Of a stretch of DNA of 64,000 nt, positions 40,881 to 55,017 are shown piece after piece. The stretch is taken from assembly GCA_964016885.1 (NCBI GenBank), contig OZ024745.1:79918001-79982000 (forward strand). Reading direction: 5' to 3'. The translations under genes were made by a program, and so were the position numbers. Origin of the DNA: Eledone cirrhosa. Taxonomy: Eukaryota. Every line of letters starts with the position of its first letter. The stretch's first letter is position 1. The notes under the pieces were generated by a model. It searched no databases. It saw nothing but the letters and a program-made list of their open reading frames with translations, and was not told where the DNA came from.

Positions 40881-41169
40881 TGTTTTAGTGTTGGTGGTGG
40901 TGATAATGATGATGATGATGATGAGAGAAAAGAGACCAACACAAATGCAAATAGATCAGAAATATATGCTGAGATATACTTTATTTAGGAACAATAAACT
41001 GAATTTATTTCAAGAATTTCATCACTTTTGTCTTCCTTTTCCTTCCAAACAAATTGTTTCCAGTGAAAGAATTAGGATCTTACATAGTTCAACGAAGTGA
41101 ATTAAACAGTCACAAAGAATTTAAAATAAAATGAAATGCAAGTAAACTTTTTTTTTAATAGCAACAACA

Positions 41170-41387
41170 ACAATAACTGTTTCTAACTTTGGCACAAGGC
41201 CAGCAATTTGTGGAGGGGGAGTGAGGAAAGTCGATTAGATCGATCCCAGTACTTAACTGGTACTTTATTTCATCAACCTTGGAAGGATTTGAACTTAGAA
41301 CATATTATTATGAATAAATACTGGTAAGCATTTGTCCGATGCTCCAGCAACAAATGTTTAACAGCATTTGTTCATAATAATATCAAC

Positions 41388-41418
<31 letters not shown>

Positions 41419-41790
41419 TGATTATAACTAAATCAGGTAGAAGGCCTGCTAGAAATTTGGAAGTAGAGGAATAGTTGGTTCTATCAACCCCCAGTACTTG
41501 ACTGGTACTTTATTTCATCAACCTTGGAAGGAGGAAAGGGGAAGTCAACCTCAGAAATATTTCAACTCAGCATTAAAGGGTTGTAACTAAATACCACAAG
41601 GTATTTTATCCAAAGCTCTGCCAATTCTGCTTAATCCACCATCCTAAATAATGATTACTAATTTAGGCACAAGGCTAGCAATTTCTGGAGAGAGGAAAGT
41701 CAATTATATTAACCCCAGTACTTCTTTGGTACTTTATTTTATCGACCTTGGAAGGATGAAAGGCAAAGTTGACCTTAATGGGATTTGCTG
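41170..41790 (-). mobile_element. Three degenerate SINE family A copies
   Basis: ggcacaaggccagcaattt...ggtactttattt...ggaaggatgaaaggcaaagt core occurs three times. Confidence 0.75.
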
Positions 41791-43809
41791 TCAATTATGA
41801 TGATGATGGTGATGATAATAATGATTTCTCAACCTAAAAGGTGACATGCCACTGTTTAGATTGATGTCCGTAGCTCCAAAGTTTCAACTATTTGAGGAAG
41901 ATCATCTAGAGCAGTCATCAAAATCATTTCATTTAAAAAGTTTCTCTGAATACAGTCGACCAAATCAAATGACTGAATTATATTGTAGTGAAATCATTAT
42001 GTAAAAAATTGCTCATATCAACACACCTTTATTTCTTTACCTCCTTAATAAATGAAAGTTGTGGTTTATCTGTACTGAAAATACTGATTTTTATCCTGTA
42101 ATATAAGGACTTATAAAGAAGTGTCAGGTAACACCCCAATATCATTGTTATCATACCTACTGTCCACCTCACGTTGTGTATCTGGTTTAGAATAGATACA
42201 CCATATCCCTGTGTATTGTAAGAGGTGACTAAAAGGGTTGGTACTAGGAAGAGCCATAAAATATTACCTCGAAAAGTACCTCATGATATGTATAAAACCT
42301 GTCAGAGGGCTTGCAAGACTAAACTCCTACTTTAACAGTGGGTGTTGACTTACATTTGTTCTACATTATTTCATTAATATGTAAATCTAAAACAAAATAA
42401 TAATTATATGATTTTCATTGAAGAAGTATGTTGATACGTAATTTTGAAAAACTCAGTTTGACTTATTTATTGTTTATTCTCCTATCTACCTATATCAATA
42501 CATAACTTTTCACTTATTGTCCATTCCACAAACTAGCAAGGATTAAAGATATCAAAATTTTTAATCTAGAAAAGAAGAAAAATGTGAGAACAAGACACAA
42601 CTAAGTTTGAACTTTCACCCTGAGGCTTTATATTGAAAATTAATACATGGTTGCATTTCAGATGAGATTTCTTGGAGGTTTTAATGATAAGGACCTCAGT
42701 CTTATTATGTCACCTTTTTTTCTTTGTTATAACAGAAGTCTGATATGAACCAAGAACACACAAAACCAGAACAGATATCACAAGACATCCTATCTGATGC
42801 TCTAATAGTTCCACCAATTTACTGCTCTCAACTGTTTGTTTGTTTTTTTGTTGTTCTTTATTGACCCCACCCCCACCCCCCACCCCACAAAGGATGAAGG
42901 GCAAAGTTAACTTTGTTGAGAATTGAACTCAGGACATAAAGAATCTGAACAATAATGCAAGGAATTTAATCCAACAATCTTAGATGAACTCAGCCAATTC
43001 ACTGGCCTATCAACTGTACTTATCACTCCTTGTCCACAATGTGTCATACAAAGTCTGTCTGAGACCTACTTTATAGGTACACATGTCTGTGGAATAGTCA
43101 ACTTCTTACTTATGCTATAGTTCAATGAGTAGGGTAGTTTCGTTGATCAAACAACTGGAATACTCGTTGTTGAAACCAAAGTAAAATTTATCATAGTGTG
43201 TATGTGTGTGTGTGTGTGCATGTGCATGTGTGTGTATGTGTGTACATGAGAGTGTGTATGTGTACATGCATGCAGGTATTTTTGTGTGTGCATGCATGCA
43301 TACAGGCATTGGTGTATGTGTGTGTGCACACAGGTATTTAGGTGTGCCTGAGTGTGTGCATGGGCACCATTATGAGTATGTGCCTGGGTGTTGGTGAGTT
43401 AATCAAAATGGAACAAAAAAGGGAAAAATTTATTGGAAATTCCAACGGGCAGGGAAAATGGAAGAACCCAAAAGTAATTTCTAAACAAAAATAATAAACT
43501 AGTTGAAATGGATTCCAACCAGAGTAAGAATTTGGCAAAACATCAGTGGCAGTGTCGCAACAACCATGAAGAGCAGAGACAGATGGTAAGTTGCAAAAAT
43601 GCTGTGTTGCAATAAATATGAAGGACTGAGACAAATGATGCAAAGATACAGTGTTGTAACAACAACCATGAAGAACAGAGATAGATGGTAAGGTGTAAAG
43701 AGGCAGCATTGCAATAAATGTGAAGAACAGAGACAGATTTGCAAAGATGCAAGGCTGAAATAAGCCTGAATAACCGGGAAACATGATAGTATGCAAATAA
43801 AAGCAAATT

Positions 43810-44140
43810 AAAAGTTGTATTTTGAATGAGTCATGCTACAAATCAAGACACATACACCAGTTGAATTTCACTTCAGTTTTATTATTAATTGGGTAATTAC
43901 TCCACCAATCATTTGGTTGATTAAAAAATGGAATAAAGTTGAAGTGTGGACGAAGAGATGATACAAAGGGCAAAAGTCATTGATAAGGTCACAGCTTGTG
44001 ATGAAAGGACTTTCACAATAAATTAGTTGATTATCCAACTGATTAATGGATTAATTACCTGATTAATAATTCAATTGAAGTGAAACTCAACCAGTGTATG
44101 TGTTTTAATAGGCCGCATGACTCTATAAAAACACAACACT
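43810..44140. mobile_element. Diverged PLE-type fold-back with degenerate hammerhead (family of 63745-64000)
   Basis: Arms 43810-43922 and ~44025-44140 are inverted. The loop has agtca-TTGATAA-ggtcaca(gct)tgtgat-GAAA. Confidence 0.6.
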
Positions 44141-44879
44141 ATCATATTCATTTATGAAACTATTGAGCAAATTTGAAAAGCCCCTACAATGCTAGATGGG
44201 GTAACTGACTTGACATAATTGATTGTTTTATAGTCTATATGCATTGTGGCAGCTTTTCAAAATGCAAAACCATGCCAAAAGAGTTGAGAGGACCCTTCAG
44301 TTGTGTCAACAGCATGGTACCTCTCTAGTGTTGGTGATCTACATGATAAACTCACCCACTACATGCTGTAAACTGGATGGTGATAAGAAGGGCATCCAGC
44401 TATAAAAAGCTTGCCCAGCAAAGATTTGGGAGTCCCCTTCAGTTGTGTCAAAGACATAACACCCTCTCTAGTGTTGGTGCCACAATAAAATACACTCAGT
44501 AGAGTGTGGGACCACATGTGTGGGAGGTCAGTAGACATGCTTCAGTACTGACTCAGTATGTAAAGACCCATCCAACCCTTGCTAGCAGGGAAACTGGACA
44601 TTAAATGATGATGATGATATCTGTTTCAGCACATGATTTCACATCAAGAATCTTGCAAAACAAATACTAAAACAGAAATATAATTTTGTTCATAATGTTG
44701 TAATGGAATTTCAACATCTGAAAATTTAGTCCGCTGCATTCTTTGAAATATTTCCATAAATATTTTCAGAGAAAATGACCAAGATCAACAATTTGGTTAC
44801 TTAATTATTTAGTAAATGAACAAAATAAAATAAAATACTCCCAATAATAAAGTTAATTATAATTAAATAAGGGTTTCTG

Positions 44880-45530
44880 AGGTACAGGGCCAACAATTTT
44901 AGGAGAGGGGAAAGTTGATTAAATCAACACCAGTGTATTACTGGTACTTTATTTTATCGATCTTGGAAGGATGAAAAGCAAAGTTGACCGTAACATGATT
45001 TTTACTCAGAATGTAAAGAGCCATAAGAAATACTACTCAGCATTTGTCTGATGCTCAAACAATTCTGCCAATCAACTGCTCTTAATGATAATAATAATTG
45101 TTTCTACTTTAGGCACAAGGCCAGCAATATTTGGGGAGGGGAAAGTCGCTTAAATCAACCCCAGTGCATTACTGGTACTTTATTTTATCAACCCCATAAA
45201 GATGAAAGGTAAAGCTAACCTCGGCGGGATTTGAATTCAGAACGTAAAGGGCCGTAACCCTATGCTGCAAAGCATGGTGTCCGACACTCTATCGCTACTG
45301 CCAATCCAATAATAATTGTTTCTAAAAGTGGGGACAGAAAGCCAAAAATTTAGTGGGACTGGGTTAGAGGATTGAATCAACCCCTACACTTGATTGGTAT
45401 TTTATTTTATTGACAGCAAAAGGAAGAAAGGCAAAGTTGACCTTGGTGGGATTGGAAGTCAAAACTTAAAGGAACATAACCAAATACAATGTATTTTGTC
45501 ATGCTAACAATTCTGCCAATCAACCATGCT
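44880..45530 (-). mobile_element. Three tandem SINE family A copies
   Basis: The core and the tRNA-like head (ctgccaatc) each occur three times. Confidence 0.8.
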
Positions 45531-45820
45531 AATAATAATAATAATCTTAATCATAATAATAATAATTGTGATCAGTATTAATATAATTTTTATCATCATT
45601 ATTATTAACATCATCATCATCATCACAAATTAATAATGAAAAAAATAATAATGAACCTGAATTTCATAAAATATTAAGGTTAGCTGTTCACCAAATTATT
45701 ATTTTCTTCTTTTTGGCATAATTATTCCCAGCTACTTAAAGTGGTAATAATATCCATTTTTGGGGGCGGTTATATATATACATGTATATATACAGACATA
45801 TATATATATATACATATATA

Positions 45821-46041
45821 TATATTAGTAAAAGGAAAAGAAAATGCTGACAAATTTTTCCCAGTGAAAAATAGTTTAATTAGGAATAAGTAAAAAGTAA
45901 TAATTATATGATTAAGGTAAAAACTTAAAACTAAAACTGAATACTAACCAATACTTATTACTAATTTTCGCTTATTCCTAATTAAATTATTTTTTACTGG
46001 GAAAAATTTGTCAGCATTTTCTTTTCCTTTTACTAATATAT
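45821..46041. repeat. Fold-back element in (TA)n
   Basis: tatattagtaaaaggaaaagaaaatgctgacaaatttttcccagt is mirrored at ~45995-46041. Confidence 0.8.
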
Positions 46042-46074
46042 CACAACTCGTGTGTTACACCTCTATTCTTTTAA

Positions 46075-46193
46075 ATATATATATATATATATATATACAT
46101 GCATACATATATATATACTATATACAGACATATATATATATATATACAGACATATATATATATATATACAGACATATATATATATATATACAG

Positions 46194-46258
<65 letters not shown>

Positions 46259-46366
46259 CACATATATATATATTTATATATATTAAAAAAAAAATATATA
46301 TATATATATATAGACATATATATATATTTATTTATATATATAAATATATATATATATATTTATGTA

Positions 46367-46443
<77 letters not shown>

Positions 46444-46690
46444 GTTTTTTGTTTGTTTTTTTGTAAAACTTACCACATATTTACAGAATTAATAAAAGCA
46501 GTTAAGTCATTATCATTTTATGAAAAGAATTACCAAATAACGTGTCGCTCATTTCAAAAATTCAGTTATTACATTTAGATTTATGTGTAAGTGTGTCTGT
46601 TAGTATATATATCCACATACACACACATATCTATGCATCATATATATATATATGAACATACACACATTTATATATATATGTATGTACGTG

Positions 46691-46726
<36 letters not shown>

Positions 46727-47030
46727 CATATATGTTTATATATATATGTGTATATATATATACATATATGTTTATATGTGTTTATATATATATATGTATG
46801 TACATATGTTTATATATGTTTATATATATGTGTATGTACATGTATATATATATATGTATATATATATATATACATATATGTTTATATATATATGTGTATA
46901 TATATATGTATGTATATATATGTATATATATATATATGTATGTATATATGTATATATATATATATGTATGTATATATGCATATATATATATATATGTATG
47001 TATATATGTATATATATATATATGTATGTA

Positions 47031-47081
<51 letters not shown>

Positions 47082-47097
47082 GTATATATATATATAT

Positions 47098-47163
<66 letters not shown>

Positions 47164-47302
47164 TTATATATATATATCGTTGCATGAATGTGGGGTTGTT
47201 ATCACTAAAGAAAAAGCCCTCAATATGTAAACATTGAGGTAAATACTACATTATATAAAACACATGGTATATGCCAATTTGCCATGTGTTTTATATAATG
47301 TA

Positions 47303-47381
<79 letters not shown>

Positions 47382-47400
47382 TGTGTGTGTGTGTGTGTAA
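46075..47400. repeat. Long degenerate (TA)n/(TG)n microsatellite region
   Basis: Directly visible in the sequence. Confidence 0.95.
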
Positions 47401-48049
47401 TGAAATACATAGTTAAATACACCAGACATAACAAGCATTGATTTCTCACATAGGCACTGGGCCATAGTCTTAATAACAAATATTAAAAGCCACTATTCTA
47501 TATTACAATATAACAAATTTTGATTGTTGCTTATCTCTTCCCATTAAAGATAATCATATATATTGTTTGCCATCTTCCATATGAGGCAACAATTTTTTTA
47601 TCTTTCCATGTTTGTTCATGTTGGTGTATGTTGTTTTTTTTTTGTTAGTTGTTTTCTTTTGTTTTTGTTTTATTATTTGTATTTGATTTTTCGTTTTTCT
47701 CACAGCAAATACTTTCATTTTTCTTAAATCAGAATTTCATCGATCTGTACATTTTTCTTTTTTTTTATAATCAGGTGGATATCCACTGACAAATAAAAAA
47801 AAAATTTTTTTTGGGGGGTTCCAAAAAGAAAAAATATTTAAGGTAAAAATCCATGGTCCTTAACATATATCAGATATCACTTCTTAAAATATATAACTAA
47901 AGCCACCATTACTCATTGAATCATGAAGGAACACCATCAAAGTATTTGACTGGATGCAGTTATCAAATTCCTCCTTGTATCAAAACCACAATTAACTGAG
48001 GACAGTGATCAGTGTTATAGGCCTGGAGTTACTTGCTGTGGTCTTCTCA

Positions 48050-50650
48050 GGGCCAATAGAAGGATCTCATCATAAATCTATCATCATAGGTCCTGTAAGG
48101 GAATCTCATCATAAATCTATGATCATAGGGCCTGTAAGGGAATCTCATCATAAATCTATGATCATAGGGCCTGTAGGAGAATCTCATCATAAATCTATAA
48201 TATCATAGGGCCTGTAGGAGAATCTCATCATAAATCTATGATCATAGGTCCTGTAAGGGAATCTCATCATAAATCTATGATCATAGGTCCTGTAAGAGAA
48301 TCTCATCATAAATCTATGATCATAGGTCCTGTAAGGGAATCTCATCATAAATCTATGATCATAGGTCCTGTAAGGGAATCTCATCATAAATCTATAATAT
48401 CATAGGTCCTGTAAGGGAATCTCATCATAAATCTATAATATCATAGGTCCTGTAAGAGAATCTCATCATAAATCTATGATCATAGGTCCTGTAAGGGAAT
48501 CTCATCATAAATCTATGATCATAGGTCCTGTAAGGGAATCTCATCATAAATCTATAATATCATAGGTCCTGTAAGGGAATCTCATCATAAATCTATAATA
48601 TCATAGGTCCTGTAAGGGAATCTCATCATAAATCTATGATCATAGGTCCTGTAAGAGAATCTCATCATAAATCTATGATCATAGGTCCTGTAAGGGAATC
48701 TCATCATAAATCTATGATCATAGGTCCTGTAAGGGAATCTCATCATAAATCTATGATCATAGGTCCTGTAAGGGAATCTCATCATAAATCTATGATCATA
48801 GGTCCTGTAAGGGAATCTCATCATAAATCTATGATCATAGGTCCTGTAAGGGAATCTCATCATAAATCTATGATCATAGGTCCTGTAAGGGAATCTCATC
48901 ATAAATCTATGATCATAGGTCCTGTAAGGGAATCTCATCATAAATCTATGATCATAGGTCCTGTAAGGGAATCTCATCATAAATCTATGATCATAGGTCC
49001 TGTAAGGGAATCTCATCATAAATCTATGATCATAGGTCCTGTAAGGGAATCTCATCATAAATCTATGATCATAGGTCCTGTAAGGGAATCTCATCATAAA
49101 TCTATGATCATAGGTCCTGTAAGGGAATCTCATCATAAATCTATGATCATAGGTCCTGTAAGGGAATCTCATCATAAATCTATGATCATAGGTCCTGTAA
49201 GGGAATCTCATCATAAATCTATGATCATAGGTCCTGTAAGGGAATCTCATCATAAATCTATAATATCATAGGTCCTGTAAGGGAATCTCATCATAAATCT
49301 ATAATATCATAGGTCCTGTAAGGGAATCTCATCATAAATCTATAATATCATAGGTCCTGTAAGAGAATCTCATCATAAATCTATAATATCATAGGTCCTG
49401 TAAGGGAATCTCATCATAAATCTATAATATCATAGGTCCTGTAAGAGAATCTCATCATAAATCTATAATATCATAGGTCCTGTAAGGGAATCTCATCATA
49501 AATCTATAATATCATAGGTCCTGTAAGAGAATCTCATCATAAATCTATAATATCATAGGTCCTGTAAGGGAATCTCATCATAAATCTATAATATCATAGG
49601 TCCTGTAAGGGAATCTCATCATAAATCTATAATATCATAGGTCCTGTAAGGGAATCTCATCATAAATCTATAATATCATAGGTCCTGTAAGGGAATCTCA
49701 TCATAAATCTATAATATCATAGGTCCTGTAAGAGAATCTCATCATAAATCTATAATATCATAGGTCCTGTAAGGGAATCTCATCATAAATCTATAATATC
49801 ATAGGTCCTGTAAGAGAATCTCATCATAAATCTATAATATCATAGGTCCTGTAAGGGAATCTCATCATAAATCTATAATATCATAGGTCCTGTAAGGGAA
49901 TCTCATCATAAATCTATAATATCATAGGTCCTGTAAGAGAATCTCATCATAAATCTATAATATCATAGGTCCTGTAAGGGAATCTCATCATAAATCTATA
50001 ATATCATAGGTCCTGTAAGAGAATCTCATCATAAATCTATAATATCATAGGTCCTGTAGGAGAATCTCATCATAAATCTATAATATCATAGGTCCTGTAG
50101 GAGAATCTCAACATAAATCTATAATATCATAGGTCCTGTAAGGGAATCTCATCATAAATCTATAATATCATAGGTCCTGTAAGAGAATCTCATCATAAAT
50201 CTATAATATCATAGGTCCTGTAAGAGAATCTCATCATAAATCTATAATATCATAGGTCCTGTAAGGGAATCTCATCATAAATCTATAATATCATAGGTCC
50301 TGTAAGAGAATCTCATCATAAATCTATAATATCATAGGTCCTGTAAGAGAATCTCATCATAAATCTATAATATCATAGGTCCTGTAAGGGAATCTCATCA
50401 TAAATCTATGATCATAGGTCCTGTAAGGGAATCTCATCATAAATCTATAATATCATAGGTCCTGTAAGAGAATCTCATCATAAATCTATAATATCATAGG
50501 TCCTGTAGGAGAATCTCATCATAAATCTATGATCATAGGTCCTGTAAGAGAATCTCAACATAAATCTATGATCATAGGGCCTGTAGGAGAATCTCAACAT
50601 AAATCTATGATCATAAAGCCTGTAGGAGAATCTCAACATAAATCTATGAG
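48050..50650. repeat. 39/41-bp tandem satellite, roughly 65 copies
   Basis: Units are atctcatcataaatctatgatcataggtcctgtaaggga (39) and atctcatcataaatctataatatcataggtcctgtaaggga (41). The edges are diverged. Confidence 0.95.
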
Positions 50651-51568
50651 ATCACAATGCATTTCTTACTCATGCTGTATCTTACACTAATGTAGAGTTC
50701 ACAGCTCTGATACTATGGACATGTGGTCAGAATGTCTATGGAAAGAATTGCTGGATAGATTTTAGGGATAAAATGGTGGGATAACATCCATGAGCTCAGC
50801 TGGCCTTGCTTGGGGATCCAGACGGATCAATTGGAGATGTTTATTTCTGACAGGATCCACTAGAAGGAGTGTGTGAGGACTCTGCCACCATGTACTTCCC
50901 AGGAATAAGTGGGTGAAAAATATTTTATACGTCCATTTCGCATACCAGCATGGATTAAACAGGCTATTGAAATCCAAGTTAGTTCTTAGTGGCCTTCTAG
51001 ACAGATCAAAGAACCATGTCTCACTCATATATTTCAATTTTTGTCATTGTTCCTATAGCTGGACATTCTTTCTAACACCAACAATTTGACAGAGTGCTAT
51101 TGAATTCTACAATAGTGTATTGTCTCATTGTTCTTGTGGCAAATAATAAAATTATTGATACTTTGTTTTACATAGTATATAAGACTAAAAACAAAAATTT
51201 AAAAAAAGAAATTTTAAAACTTTATCCAAAAATCTGATCAGTTTTTAGAAACCATGGCATAACCTTTGTTGTTTTGTTTTGTTTTGTTTTTGTGTACGTT
51301 TTTATATATATTTCATGTTTTCTTTGTTTTTCTTTTATTTTCTGAATGATTTATTTTTACTTTTAGATCAAGGTATAAATTTTATTCTAAATCCTTGAAT
51401 AGATTTGAATCAAAGTCTGAGTTCCTAACTAGCCTGTTGATGTCACAGGTCATGTAGGGTGTAACAGAATCTTTCCGGGTAAATTAGCTTCATTGCTGTT
51501 TTAGAAATAAAATTTATTTATATATGTATATGTATATGTTTATATATATATACACACACACACACATA

Positions 51569-51614
<46 letters not shown>

Positions 51615-51723
51615 TATATACATATATATATTAAATAATAGAAATATTTGGGCATTCAAAACAAAAACAATTATACAATGTTTACAAAAAAAACAAAAAA
51701 TACTCAGTATATTTACCAATAAA

Positions 51724-51774
<51 letters not shown>

Positions 51775-52040
51775 CAGTAGTAGTAGTAGTATAATTATTA
51801 TTATATCATAATAATTAAACAAATAAAATAAACAGAAAAAATCTTGTTTAATTATACATTTAACAATTGATATAATTATGGATGGTCATTTCACAAAAAA
51901 AAATAATAAAAAATAAAACAAACCGTTTTTTATAAAAATTTTAAAAAAGAACAGTGTAACCTATTGAATCAGTCTTACAAATCACACCATGAAAAAAATG
52001 TTTTGGCACATTGCTTTTTAACATGTCGCATACTATTTAA

Positions 52041-52260
52041 CCCTTTAGCATTCACATTATTTTATATATACTATTATATTTTCATGGTAAAGGCTTTACC
52101 TCACATAATTATCTCACATAATATCGAATCTATGAGATTTTGAAAGTATTTATTTTGAGACCAATACCTTAACATCAGTTTGGGCGACCAATTACAGCCA
52201 GTTTCAACAGAAAGAGATAGAGAATTCTGGCCGGTTTTGGCCGGTTTGAACACTAAAGGG
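52041..52260. mobile_element. piggyBac-like MITE (220 bp)
   Basis: TTAA|CCCTTTAGcattca ... tgaacaCTAAAGGG|TTAA: TTAA target duplication and CCC-initiated terminal inverted repeats. Confidence 0.8.
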
Positions 52261-52554
52261 TTAAAACAGCGTCACACATTTGTAATATATAATATGTTGT
52301 AACATAAGCATGGCACATTACTTTTGAAACATCGTGCCACCAAGTTGGTTTTTGCTCTTTGTTTTGTTTTATTTTATTTTTTGTTGTTGTTTTTCTAACA
52401 TAGAAGTTCTTCTATTTTAATGGTGTTGTTGTTGTTGTTGCTGATGTAGTTGTTATTATTGGTGATGTGGATGTTGTTGATGATGTTGTTAGTGTTTCTG
52501 TTGTTGTTGTTAATGATGATGATGGTGATGATGGTGATGATGATGTTACTAATA

Positions 52555-52775
52555 ATGGTTTCTAATTTAGGCGCAAGGCCAGCAATTTTTTGGTGGGTAA
52601 GGGGAAGTTGACAATATCGACCACAATACTTCACTGGAATTTTTTTATCGACCCTGGAAGGATGAAAGGCAAAGTTGACCTCTGTGGGATTTGAACTCAG
52701 AACGTAAGGAGTTGTAACTAAATGTGGCAAAATATTTTGTCCAATGCCCTAAAGATTTTGTCAATTCACTGCCCT
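52555..52775 (-). mobile_element. SINE family A copy
   Basis: gaaggatgaaaggcaaagttgacc...ggatttgaactcagaacgtaa. Confidence 0.8.
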
Positions 52776-52979
52776 TGGTTGTTGTTGTTGCTGTTATTAA
52801 TGTTGATTCTTTTACTTAAACTTCAATTTCAAAATAAAATAAAACTTCCTTATCTATCTCCCCACAAAATTTAGTTTATAGATCTATTCTTTTATTCTTT
52901 TGCTCATATATATATATATGTTTGTGTGTGTGTGTGCCAAACCCATTCCAGCATGGAAGCGGACATTAAATGACGGACA

Positions 52980-53019
52980 ATATATATATATATATATATA
53001 TATACATACACACACACAC

Positions 53020-53117
<98 letters not shown>

Positions 53118-53123
53118 TATATG

Positions 53124-53176
<53 letters not shown>

Positions 53177-53243
53177 TATATATTTATATATATTATATGT
53201 ATATATATATATATATATATTATATGTATATATATATTATATG

Positions 53244-53292
<49 letters not shown>

Positions 53293-53355
53293 TATATATT
53301 TATATATATTATATGTATATATATATATTATATGTATATATATATATATTATATG

Positions 53356-53410
<55 letters not shown>

Positions 53411-53411
53411 G

Positions 53412-53462
<51 letters not shown>

Positions 53463-53480
53463 GTGTTTACATATATATCT
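52980..53480. repeat. Degenerate (TA)n microsatellite
   Basis: Directly visible in the sequence. Confidence 0.95.
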
Positions 53481-53518
53481 TGGTGAGATATTATAATGAG
53501 ATATTTGCTTTAAAATAA

Positions 53519-53565
53519 TTGATTTTGATAAGTCCCAATAAGGGGATGAAACGATCGTACATCAA
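53519..53565 (+). ncRNA. Degenerate hammerhead ribozyme
   Basis: ttgatt-TTGATAA-gtccc(aataag)gggat-GAAA-cgatcg-TA-catcaa. The stems are recognisable but core C3 and G8 are mutated. Confidence 0.55.
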
Positions 53566-53803
53566 TATTTAATGTAAAACCGTATTTGGTAATTACTTTA
53601 ATGAATAATTTGCTTCATGTGTAATTATTATTTTTAACACAATAGGATTTTGTACACATGTTTGTTTGAAAAATCTTTCAGGGAAGTATGAAACACAGCC
53701 TTTTGTACTGTTTATTATAATAAATTACTGTATTTTGAGCTGTTTTAACTTCTCCACCTACCATTTTCCAATTTTTATATTTATTTAGTAAAAAGCGATA
53801 TTT

Positions 53804-53860
<57 letters not shown>

Positions 53861-54209
53861 CTGCTGCATTAAGTGTGGCTGAAACTCGAGTCCGGGAATT
53901 ACTATAGGCACCCGTTTTATGTGTGTTGTATTAAAGCGAATAACTATGTGTATACTCTGGGAATGTATCCTACATTACCTATTGATAAATATGCTGGGTC
54001 CATCAACTCCTTATTATATATATATATAGGTATTAAGGGTGCAAATTAATTGCATCCATAGGTGGTATGCCAAGATGAGCACTCGATGCTAATGGGGTGC
54101 AGAGTATCAATAATAATAATATATTATTATTATTATTACTCTTTTACCTGTTCCAGCCATCCAACTGGAAAAGGGGGTAAGGTTCTATACAAAACAGAGG
54201 TTATAGAAA

Positions 54210-54908
54210 AAAGTAAGAATGGAAACAGCATGGAAAAATATTTAATGAATCTTTTTTTTTTTTTCCTTTAATCTGTCAAAGTGACATTATTGAAAAAAGG
54301 GCGGCGGATTGGCAGTATCGGTAGAGGGTCGGACGCCATGCTTTGACGCATAGAGTTATGCTCCTTGCCATTCTGAGTTCAAATCCCGCCGAGGTTAACT
54401 TTGCCTTTCATCCTTACGGGGTCGATAAAATAAAGTACCAGTAATGCACTGGGTAATTGCTGGCCTTGTGCCAAAAGTAGAAACAATTATTGAAAAAAGG
54501 AGAACAATTTAAAAAAAAAAAGGAGTTTTGTAAAACGTAAAATATTACATCGAGACCGGTAATATTTTATATATTTTATAAAACTCCTTTCTTTAAAAAA
54601 AATTGTTCTTCGCACTTTTTCAATAATTCAATAATTGTTTCTACTTTAGGCACAAGGCCAGCAATCACCCAGTGCATTACTGGTACTTTATTTTATCGAC
54701 CCCGTAAGGATGAAAGGCAAAGTCAACCTCGGCGGGATTTGAACTCAGATCCTAAAGGGACGTAACTATGCTGGAAAGCATGGCGTCCGACCCTCTACCG
54801 ATACTGCCAATCCACCGCCTTTCAATAATTCAATAATGTCACTTTAACGGATTAAAAAAAAAAAAAGATTCTTTAAATATATTTCCATGTTGTTTCTATT
54901 CTTACTTT
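54210..54908. repeat. Fold-back whose two arms each contain the same SINE A insertion
   Basis: SINE 54301-54485 (+) is flanked by the TSD attattgaaaaaagg (54286-54300 and 54486-54500). The mirror copy is at ~54632-54820 (-), and the flanks are also inverted. Confidence 0.8.
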
Positions 54909-54944
54909 ATATATACATATATACATACATATATACATACATAT

Positions 54945-55017
<73 letters not shown>

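Noticed and set aside
46008-47479. Long ORFs rich in YI/CV/HT (also ~12100-12990, 28000-29700, 52900-53520, 55300-55615)
   Set aside because: These are translations of (TA)n/(TG)n microsatellites.
48050-50650. CRISPR-like regular repeat, or the 211/222-aa repeat ORFs
   Set aside because: There are no unique spacers and no cas genes, and the context is eukaryotic. The ORFs exist only because 39 is divisible by 3 and break at the 41-bp units.
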